A DNA stretch of 17,221 nucleotides from Bacteroides sp. (lineage in GTDB: Bacteria; Bacteroidota; Bacteroidia; G022818785). Position 1 is the first letter of the stretch, and every line of letters starts with the position of its first letter. The stretch is taken from the NCBI GenBank assembly GCA_022818785.1, contig CP063811.1, positions 395,649-412,869 of the forward strand, read 5' to 3'. Both the position numbers and the translations under genes were made by a program. Shown one piece after another: positions 9,334-16,893 of the stretch. Under the pieces are notes generated by a model. The model was not told where the DNA came from. It did no database searches and saw nothing but the letters and a program-made list of their open reading frames with translations.

Positions 9334-10778
9334 TATTTTTTTCTTAATCTAGCAATAGGTATTTTTAATTGCTCTCTATATTTTGATATAGTTCTTCGAG
9401 CAATTTTATATCCTTCTTTTTTCATCTTATTAGCTAATAAATTATCTGATAAAGGTTTTTGTTTGTTTTCATTAATTATATTTAATTTTAATATTTTTTT
9501 GATTTTTTTTGTAGAAACCTTTTCTCCTTTAAAAGTATTAATTCCTTCAGAAAAGAAATATTTTAATTTGAAAATACCAAAATCAGTTTCTACATACTTA
9601 TTATTCGCTATTCTTGAAATTGTAGAAACGTCCATATTAGTTTTTAATGCAATATCATTTAATATCATAGGTTTTAAATATATATCATTACCTGTTAAAA
9701 AATATTTATATTGATATTGTATTATTGCTTGCATAGTATTAATTAATGTTAATTTTCTTTGATTTATGGCATTTATAAACCATTTAGCAGAATCTATTTT
9801 ATTTTTTATAAAATTAATAGTATCATTATCATTTTTTTTATTCATTTTAATACTATTTTTCTTTTGCATAATTTGAATATAAAAATTATTAATTTTCAAA
9901 CTAGGATAGTTATTATCATTTAATGTAATTCGTAATTTATTGTCTAAATTTATTATTCTAAAATCAGGTATTATAATATCTGATTTTTTTATTATATTTT
10001 TATCTAAAATACTATTTCCTGGCTTAGGATTTAGTTTAACAATTTCATCAATTACTAATTTTAAAAAATTACTATCACATGATAATTTATTTTCTAGTTT
10101 TGAATAATGCTTATTATATAATTCATAGAAATATTTATCTATTATTAGAATAGCTAATTCAATACTTTTTTTTGGGTTATCAGAATAATTATTTATTAAT
10201 TGAATTAATAAACATTCTTTTAAATTACGAGCTCCTATTCCAGGAGGATCAAATTTATGCAACATTGATAAACATCTATTTATATCATCTTGGCTACATG
10301 TTATATTTTCTTTTAATGAAATATCATGTATAATAGCTAATAAAGATCTATGTAAATAACCATTAATATCAATATTACCAATTAAATTTCTCATTATAAT
10401 ATTGTCCTTATAATTTAAATTCATAATTTCTAATTGTTGATATAAATAATCATAAAAATCAGTATATATAGAATGTGATTTATTATTAGATATATCGACA
10501 TTATTTTCTCCTTTCTTATAATTTAAACTATTATATTGATAATATAAATTACTGTTGTCTATATCTTGTTGGTATTCTTCATTATAATTTTTAAAATTAT
10601 ATTCTTCATTATTTTCTGTATCATATATATTATCACAATCTAATACAGGATTAATTTCTAATTCTTCATTAATTCTCTTTTTTAGCATATGTCCTGGTAA
10701 TTGTAAAAGTTTAATAAATTGTATTTGTTGAGGACATATTTTTTGAAATAATTTAATATCTATTTTTTGTTTCAACAT
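9330..10778 (-). CDS. rpoN: RNA polymerase sigma-54 factor
   Basis: Region I PQQIQFIKLLQLP...EELEINPVL, DPPGIGARNLKECLLIQL, LNPKPG, HTH MDVSTISR, LKYFFS, PLSD, RpoN box ARRTISKYRE. Confidence 0.96.
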   Translation of the reverse strand: MLKQKIDIKLFQKICPQQIQFIKLLQLPGHMLKKRINEELEINPVLDCDNIYDTENNEEYNFKNYNEEYQQDIDNSNLYYQYNSLNYKKGENNVDISNNKSHSIYTDFYDYLYQQLEIMNLNYKDNIIMRNLIGNIDINGYLHRSLLAIIHDISLKENITCSQDDINRCLSMLHKFDPPGIGARNLKECLLIQLINNYSDNPKKSIELAILIIDKYFYELYNKHYSKLENKLSCDSNFLKLVIDEIVKLNPKPGNSILDKNIIKKSDIIIPDFRIINLDNKLRITLNDNNYPSLKINNFYIQIMQKKNSIKMNKKNDNDTINFIKNKIDSAKWFINAINQRKLTLINTMQAIIQYQYKYFLTGNDIYLKPMILNDIALKTNMDVSTISRIANNKYVETDFGIFKLKYFFSEGINTFKGEKVSTKKIKKILKLNIINENKQKPLSDNLLANKMKKEGYKIARRTISKYREQLKIPIARLRKKY

Positions 10779-10847
10779 TGTAATAATATTATGATATGTA
10801 ATATATAAATAATATAATTATTTTTTTATATTACATTTATGTAATAT
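10779..10847. repeat. TGTAATA repeat cluster with a perfect 9-bp inverted repeat in the rpoN/asnS divergent spacer
   Basis: ATATTACAT-tt-ATGTAATAT at 10828-10847, a further ATGTAATAT at 10796-10804, and TGTAATA at 10779-10785. Confidence 0.55.
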
Positions 10848-10866
10848 TGTATAATTTTTTTATAAA

Positions 10867-12399
10867 ATGGAGTATATTCATAAATACATATCAAAAATAT
10901 CAGTTAATAATTTAAACAATAAAATTATTATAAAAGGATGGATAAAAAGTAAAAGAGACACCAAAAAAATTATATTTCTTGTTATAAGAGATGGCACTGA
11001 CATTTGTCAATGTTTTATTCATAAAAATAATGCTAGTGAAATTTTATTAAATAAAATTAAAAAACTAACTTTAGAAAGTTCTGTTTATATTGAAGGTGTT
11101 GTTATTTCAAATATAAATCAGAGTAAAAAATATGAAATTCAAATTCATGAATTATATCCGTATCAATTATGTAATAATTTTCCTATTGGCAAAAAAAATC
11201 ATAGTATAAACTTTTTAATTCAAAAAAGACATTTGTGGTTAAGATCCCAAAAACAATGGGCCATTATGAAAATTAGAAGTAATGTATTGCATGGATTACA
11301 CACTTTTTTTAATGATAGAGAATTTATTTATATAAATACACCTATATTAACCAGTAATTTCGTAGAAAACACTACTACGCTATTTAAAACAAATTTTTAT
11401 AATTCAGATGCATATCTAAGTCAATCAGGTCAATTATATGGAGAAGCAGCTGCAATGTCAATGAATAAAATATATACATTAGGGCCTACATTTAGAGCAG
11501 AAAAATCTAAAACAAGAAGACATCTATCAGAATTTTGGATGTTAGAACCTGAAATAGCATTTTATGATTTAAATATGATAATGAATTTAATGGAAGAATT
11601 AATCATATTTATTATTCAATATATTATTAATAATAATGATAATGAGCTTAAAATTTTAAATAGAGACATTAATCAATTAAAAATGTTTTGTAACCCTTTT
11701 AAAAGAATTACATATGAAGAAATTATTTTAATATTAAATGGTAAAAAAAATGTTAATAATATAAATTTAATTGATTATTTACAAAATGATTTTCAAAGAA
11801 AAAAAGTAGATATTGAAAATATCAAATTAGAAATTTTAGAACTCCAAAAAATATTACAAAATAAAACAATTAAAAAAAAAGAATACAATATTATTATTAA
11901 TAAAATTGATATATTACAAAATAAATCTAAAGAAATTTTAGAGAACATTAACAATATACCTTTATGGATTAATTCAGCTAAAAAATTTCAATATGGAAAT
12001 GACTTAGGAGGTTCTGATGAAACTGCTTTAATGAAAATTTTTAATACACCTGTAATGATATATAATTGGCCTTATAAAATAAAACCATTTTATATGAAAA
12101 AAAATGCTGATAATAATGATTTAGTTAATAATGTTGATCTTTTAGCTCCAGAAGGATACGGGGAAATTGCTGGAGGATCTGAAAGAGAAGATGATTTAAA
12201 TATATTAATAAGTAATATAAAATCTAATAATATTAATATTAATGATTTTCAATGGTATATTGACTTAAGAAAGTATGGTAGTATTCCTCATTCTGGATTT
12301 GGATTAGGTATTGAAAGATTAATTAGCTGGATATGTAAAACTAATCATGTGAGAGAAACTATGGCATTTCCTAGAATGTATGGGAATATCAGTCCTTGA
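10867..12399 (+). CDS. asnS: Asparagine--tRNA ligase with internal insertion
   Basis: OB-fold GW...FLVIRDGT, RHLWLR, AYLSQSGQLY, motif 2 GPTFRAEKSKTRRHLSEFWMLEPE, PFYMK, APEGYGEIAGGSERE, motif 3 WYIDLRKYGSIPHSGFGLGIER. Confidence 0.95.
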   Translation: MEYIHKYISKISVNNLNNKIIIKGWIKSKRDTKKIIFLVIRDGTDICQCFIHKNNASEILLNKIKKLTLESSVYIEGVVISNINQSKKYEIQIHELYPYQLCNNFPIGKKNHSINFLIQKRHLWLRSQKQWAIMKIRSNVLHGLHTFFNDREFIYINTPILTSNFVENTTTLFKTNFYNSDAYLSQSGQLYGEAAAMSMNKIYTLGPTFRAEKSKTRRHLSEFWMLEPEIAFYDLNMIMNLMEELIIFIIQYIINNNDNELKILNRDINQLKMFCNPFKRITYEEIILILNGKKNVNNINLIDYLQNDFQRKKVDIENIKLEILELQKILQNKTIKKKEYNIIINKIDILQNKSKEILENINNIPLWINSAKKFQYGNDLGGSDETALMKIFNTPVMIYNWPYKIKPFYMKKNADNNDLVNNVDLLAPEGYGEIAGGSEREDDLNILISNIKSNNININDFQWYIDLRKYGSIPHSGFGLGIERLISWICKTNHVRETMAFPRMYGNISP

Positions 12400-14289
12400 T
12401 TATATATCTTTATATATTTTTGATGGTGATTCTATGAATTTTCCTAGATTTAATTTATTCCATATTTTGTCTATTTTTTTAATGGTTTCTGTGTCAGAAG
12501 TAATTATTTCTGGCCATTTTCTATCAAATTTATCTAACAAATAATTTTTATTAGTACAGTCAAAACTTATTTTTTTTTCATTTTTATAATCAATAATATA
12601 ACTATCTCTTTTTACATCTATATTGTTTAAGCATCTCCATAATAAAGTAGATATATTATCTTTTTTAAATAATATATCTAGATATATTATTGATTTAATA
12701 TCTTTAAAAGATTTTAATTTAAATAGCTTTTTGTTTATCAAATCAATATGTTTATAGTATATTTTGTTTATTGATATAAATATAACTGGTATATTAAATT
12801 TAAGTAATTCTGTATTAATATCTTTTATTTCAACAAATAATTTTTTTATAAAGTTAACATTTATATTATTGAATAATGGTTTAACCAATCGACAAAATTG
12901 ATGATTATTAATGTTTGATTTATAATACTGACTTGTTAAGTCTATACCCATTTTACCTCCGAACATATGAGCTTGCGAAGCATGATCTAAAACATCTAAT
13001 GGACCAATACTAAACAATATATTTTCTAAATTATTGATGTTATTGAAAATTCGTCTAGCTATATCTAAATCATTGTATATATCTATTTTTTCATCAATAA
13101 CAATAATAATTTTAGTTAACATCATTTGTCCAGATCCCCAAACTGCATTCATTACTTTAAAACCTTGACCTGGATATGATTTATTAATTTTTATAATTAC
13201 TAAATTGTGAAATACTCCTTCTATTGGAAATCGCATATCTATAATTTCAGGCATAACCCCTATCTTTAATGGTAATATAAAAATACGCTCTGTGACTTTT
13301 CCAATATATAAATCCTCATGAGGAGGAATTCCTACTATAGTAGCAGGATATATAGCTTTGTTTCTATAAGTAATACATGTTATATGCATTTTAGGATAAT
13401 AATCTTCTAATGAATAATATCCTGTATGATCGCCAAATGGGCCTTCTAATAAAAAACTCTCTTTAGGATCAATATATCCCTCTATAACTATATCTACATC
13501 CTTAGGTACTCTGATAGGTTGAGTTATACATTTTACCATTTCAACCCCTTTATTTCTTAATATACCAGCTAAAACGTACTCATTTATATTCTTAGGAAGA
13601 GGTGCAGTTGCGCAATATGTATATACCGGATCACCACCTAAAGTAATTGCAATTGGCATTTTAATATTATTTTCTTTGTAATATTGAAAATGCTCATTAG
13701 AAACTTTATGCTTATGCCAATGTATAGATACTATATTTTTACTAAATACTTGTATTCGATACATTCCTATATTAATCATATCATCAACAGGATGATATGT
13801 ATGTACCATAGGTAATGTAATAAATTTACCTCCATCTTGAGGCCAACATTTTAGAATAGGAAAAATATTGACATCAATTTCATTAGATAATAAAATATTT
13901 TCTTGACATATCCCCCTTTTATTAATATTTTTAGGCATTAAATGACTAATAGCAATTAATTTGGGCAATAATTTAATTTTTTCTAAAATACTAACATTTT
14001 TTTGTCCTATATCTATTCCTTGAAATAATTTATTTATTTTTGCCTCTATATCTTTTATATTATTAATATTTAATGCAAGACATATACGTTTATAACTTCC
14101 TAAAGAATTTATTAAAAGAGGGAATTTGGTTCCATTTGTTTGAAATAAAAGAGCAGGACCTTGATTTTTAGAAATTCTATCTACGATCTCTGTAACTTCT
14201 AAATTAGTATTTATATATTCTTTTATATTAATTAATTCATTATTATTGATTAATGTCTTAACAAAATCGTTTAAACTATTAAAAGGCAT
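12400..14289 (-). CDS. ubiD: UbiD-family prenyl-FMN decarboxylase, long menaquinone-biosynthesis (MqnL/SCO4490-like) type
   Basis: 629 aa. PILKCWPQDGGKFITLP, NIGMYR, HWHKHK, GGDPVYTYCATAPLP, EGPFGDHTGYYS, ATIVGIPPHED, GPLDVLDHA..GGKMGID, plus an extra C-terminal segment. Assignment to MqnL rather than generic UbiD is inference. Confidence 0.88.
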   Translation of the reverse strand: MPFNSLNDFVKTLINNNELINIKEYINTNLEVTEIVDRISKNQGPALLFQTNGTKFPLLINSLGSYKRICLALNINNIKDIEAKINKLFQGIDIGQKNVSILEKIKLLPKLIAISHLMPKNINKRGICQENILLSNEIDVNIFPILKCWPQDGGKFITLPMVHTYHPVDDMINIGMYRIQVFSKNIVSIHWHKHKVSNEHFQYYKENNIKMPIAITLGGDPVYTYCATAPLPKNINEYVLAGILRNKGVEMVKCITQPIRVPKDVDIVIEGYIDPKESFLLEGPFGDHTGYYSLEDYYPKMHITCITYRNKAIYPATIVGIPPHEDLYIGKVTERIFILPLKIGVMPEIIDMRFPIEGVFHNLVIIKINKSYPGQGFKVMNAVWGSGQMMLTKIIIVIDEKIDIYNDLDIARRIFNNINNLENILFSIGPLDVLDHASQAHMFGGKMGIDLTSQYYKSNINNHQFCRLVKPLFNNINVNFIKKLFVEIKDINTELLKFNIPVIFISINKIYYKHIDLINKKLFKLKSFKDIKSIIYLDILFKKDNISTLLWRCLNNIDVKRDSYIIDYKNEKKISFDCTNKNYLLDKFDRKWPEIITSDTETIKKIDKIWNKLNLGKFIESPSKIYKDI

Positions 14290-14331
14290 AAAAAAGAAAA
14301 TATAATTTGAATAATGTCAAAATACAAAAAT

Positions 14332-14405
14332 TGGGCCCTGATGGGATTGAACCATCGACCTACAGATTATGAGTCTGTTGCTCTAACCAACTGAGCTAAG
14401 GGCCC
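14332..14405 (-). tRNA. tRNA with CAT anticodon, most likely tRNA-Ile2 (lysidine-modified); CCA not encoded
   Basis: Reverse complement GGGCCCTTAGCTCAGTTGGTTAGAGCAACAGACTCATAATCTGTAGGTCGATGGTTCAATCCCATCAGGGCCCA folds as a cloverleaf: acceptor GGGCCCT/AGGGCCC, anticodon arm ACAGA-CTCATAA-TCTGT, T arm GATGG-TTCAATC-CCATC. It lacks initiator features and resembles ileX-type genes. Confidence 0.93.
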
Positions 14406-14431
14406 TAATTATAGGAGTTTATATATAATTA

Positions 14432-14440
14432 GTAAATATA
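14432..14440 (-). promoter_or_regulatory. Possible degenerate Bacteroidota -7 promoter element for tRNA/ubiD
   Basis: Minus strand reads TATATTTAC, one mismatch from TAnnTTTG, about 27 nt upstream of the tRNA 5' end. Weak evidence in such AT-rich DNA. Confidence 0.2.
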
Positions 14441-14458
14441 TTATTTTTTTATATATTT

Positions 14459-15550
14459 TTAGCTATATTTTTTTTCAAATAATTGTAATATTTTTATTAA
14501 AAACTTAACTTGATGTAAGTTAATAGCATTGTATAAAGATATTCTAAAATAAGGATGTAATTTATGTCCTAAAAATCCCACTATGTTATTTTCATTTAAT
14601 AGCATTACTAATTTATCTTTTAAATCTTTGTTTTTAATATTAAAACATATATTCATAAATGATCTATCTTCTATATTAACAGTTCCTTCTAACATTGAAT
14701 TACGATCTATTTCTGAATATAATAATTTTGCTTTTAAATTATTTTCTTCTTCTATAATTTTAATTCCTCCTTTATTTTTTAGCCATTCTAAATTTAACAT
14801 AATTCCATATATAGCAAAAATATTTGGTGTGTTCATAACTGATTTACTATTAATGTGATTTTTATAGTTCATGATACCAGGTATATTATTACTTATTGAT
14901 TTTGCAAATTCTTTTTTAATTATAACGATTGTAACTCCTAATGGGCCGATATTTTTCTGTGAACTAGCATATATCATATCAAAATCTCTAATATTAATAA
15001 ATTTGCTCAAAATATCAGAAGACATATCTGATATTATAGGAATATTATTAATTTTAGGTATTTGTTTAAATTGTGTGCCTACTATGGTATTATTTGAAGT
15101 AAAATGAAGGTATTTATATTTTTTTTTATCAAACAATATTTTATATTTTTTAGGTATGAATTTATAATTATCATGTCTGGAAGATGCTATTACATCAATA
15201 TTACCAAAATATTTTGCATAATTAATTGCTTTATAAGACCAAAATCCACTATCTATATACCCTGCACATTCATTTTTTTTAATATTTTCAAGAAAATTAT
15301 ATGGTATCATAAAAAATTGCTTAGTTGCTCCACCAGACAAAAATAAAACTGAGTAATCATTATTAATATTTAATAATTTTCTAAAAAGATATATAGTTTT
15401 TTCTAAAATATCATCAAATATATTGCTTCTATGAGATATTTCTAATATTGAAAGATCATAATCATTTAATTTTATAATTGATTTAGACAACTTTCTATAA
15501 ACTTCATCTGAAATAGTAGATGGTCCAGCTCCAAAATTATATTTTTTCAT
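14459..15550 (-). CDS. serC: Phosphoserine aminotransferase
   Basis: NFGAGP, SILEISHRS, VLFLSGGA, TSNNTIVGTQ, DMSSDI, PLP lysine in ASSQKNIGP, NTP, RSFMNI, RISLYNA. Confidence 0.96.
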   Translation of the reverse strand: MKKYNFGAGPSTISDEVYRKLSKSIIKLNDYDLSILEISHRSNIFDDILEKTIYLFRKLLNINNDYSVLFLSGGATKQFFMIPYNFLENIKKNECAGYIDSGFWSYKAINYAKYFGNIDVIASSRHDNYKFIPKKYKILFDKKKYKYLHFTSNNTIVGTQFKQIPKINNIPIISDMSSDILSKFINIRDFDMIYASSQKNIGPLGVTIVIIKKEFAKSISNNIPGIMNYKNHINSKSVMNTPNIFAIYGIMLNLEWLKNKGGIKIIEEENNLKAKLLYSEIDRNSMLEGTVNIEDRSFMNICFNIKNKDLKDKLVMLLNENNIVGFLGHKLHPYFRISLYNAINLHQVKFLIKILQLFEKKYS

Positions 15551-15643
15551 ATTATATAATATATAATTAATATTTTTTAATTTTAATTAAAATAAAATTT
15601 TAATTTTTTAATTAAAAACATTTTATATTAAATTATATTTTAT

Positions 15644-16663
15644 ATGATAGAAAAAATACTTCTTATTATAATAGTATTAGCAATTACATTATTAATTGCT
15701 ATGTATACAACATTAGCTGAAAGAAAAATAGCAGGATTTATGCAAGATCGCATAGGTCCTAATCGAGCAGGACCATATGGTCTTCTGCAGCCCATAATGG
15801 ATGGTATAAAATTATTAACTAAAGAAGAAATTATTCCATTTTATTCCAATAAAATATTATTTGTAATAGCTCCAGCCTTATATATGTTTTTAGCACTAAT
15901 GAACAGTGCAGTTATTCCATGGGGGGGAACATTAAAGATTAATAATTATTTAATTAAATTACAAATATCAGATATTAATATAGGAATATTATACATATTT
16001 AGTATTATATCCTTAAATATATATGGTATAATTTTATCAGGCTGGTCTTCTAATAATAAATATTCATTATTATCATCAATAAGAGGTGCTTCTCAAAATA
16101 TTAGTTATGAAATTTCTATGAATATTGTACTTATAACATTAATAATGTCTACGAATACTATGAGTATAAAAGAAATTGTATTACAACAAAATTCATTAAA
16201 TTGGAATATATTTTACCAACCTATAGGATTTTTAATATTTTTAATATGCTCATTTGCAGAAACTAATAGAAATCCATTTGATTTGGTAGAATGTGAAACT
16301 GAATTAATAGCAGGATTTCATACAGAATATTCCAGTATGAAGTTAGGATTATTTTTGTTTGCAGAATATATTAATATATTTATATCATCTACTGTGATAT
16401 CATGTTTGTATCTTGGAGGATATAATTATTTTGGAATGAATTTGTTACATCATTTAGGTGTACATAATAATATAATAGTTATAATAGGTATCATGTCATT
16501 ATTTATTAAAATATTTTTCCTAATATTTTTTTTTATATGGGTTAGATGGACTTTGCCTAGATTTAGATATGATCAATTAATATACTTAGGATGGAATATA
16601 TTAATACCATTGGCTATGTTAAATATGATTATTACTGGTGGATTAATTTTATTTTTTAAATAA
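15644..16663 (+). CDS. nuoH: NADH-quinone oxidoreductase subunit H
   Basis: ERKIAGFMQDRIGPNRAGPYGLLQPIMDGIKLLTKE, GWSSNNKYSL, ISYE, AETNRNPFDL.ECETELIAGFHTEYSS, WVRWTLPRFRYDQL. Confidence 0.97.
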   Translation: MIEKILLIIIVLAITLLIAMYTTLAERKIAGFMQDRIGPNRAGPYGLLQPIMDGIKLLTKEEIIPFYSNKILFVIAPALYMFLALMNSAVIPWGGTLKINNYLIKLQISDINIGILYIFSIISLNIYGIILSGWSSNNKYSLLSSIRGASQNISYEISMNIVLITLIMSTNTMSIKEIVLQQNSLNWNIFYQPIGFLIFLICSFAETNRNPFDLVECETELIAGFHTEYSSMKLGLFLFAEYINIFISSTVISCLYLGGYNYFGMNLLHHLGVHNNIIVIIGIMSLFIKIFFLIFFFIWVRWTLPRFRYDQLIYLGWNILIPLAMLNMIITGGLILFFK

Positions 16664-16665
16664 AA

Positions 16666-16893
16666 TTATATTTTTCTATAGTATAATTTCCATATAATAT
16701 ATATACAAAAAATCGCAATATATGGTATTAAAAATATATATAATATTCCGATATTTAGTCCACTAGATAATCCACTTCTTTCTTGAAATGAAGATTCTGC
16801 AGCCATATTACACATAGCACATTGAGAATGTGCTACTATTTCATAGTTTAAAAAATATAATGTAATAAAATATATAAAGATTTTATAAAACAT
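16666..16893 (-). CDS. Small uncharacterised membrane protein with QCAMC motif
   Basis: 75 aa: signal-like N-terminus, AHS-QCAMC, GLNIGILYIFLIPY transmembrane helix, basic C-terminus. It is richer in GC-containing codons than spacer DNA, overlaps the DUF420 gene by 11 nt and fills the gap to nuoH. Confidence 0.8.
   Translation of the reverse strand: MFYKIFIYFITLYFLNYEIVAHSQCAMCNMAAESSFQERSGLSSGLNIGILYIFLIPYIAIFCIYIIWKLYYRKI

Noticed and set aside
8439-9714. ORFs 8439-8633(-) and 9463-9714(+)
   Set aside because: Antisense shadows of aroB and rpoN.
10992-11007. TGGCAC resembling a sigma-54 -24 box
   Set aside because: No GC at the -12 position, and it encodes the conserved RDGT motif of AsnRS.
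14583-15346. Three plus-strand ORFs (91, 78 and 80 aa)
   Set aside because: All lie antisense within serC.
15551-15643. 93-bp almost pure-AT spacer with two TTTTAATTAAAA palindromes (origin or operator?)
   Set aside because: Such palindromes are expected in DNA with a single C, and no DnaA boxes are visible. Most simply the serC/nuoH divergent promoter region.
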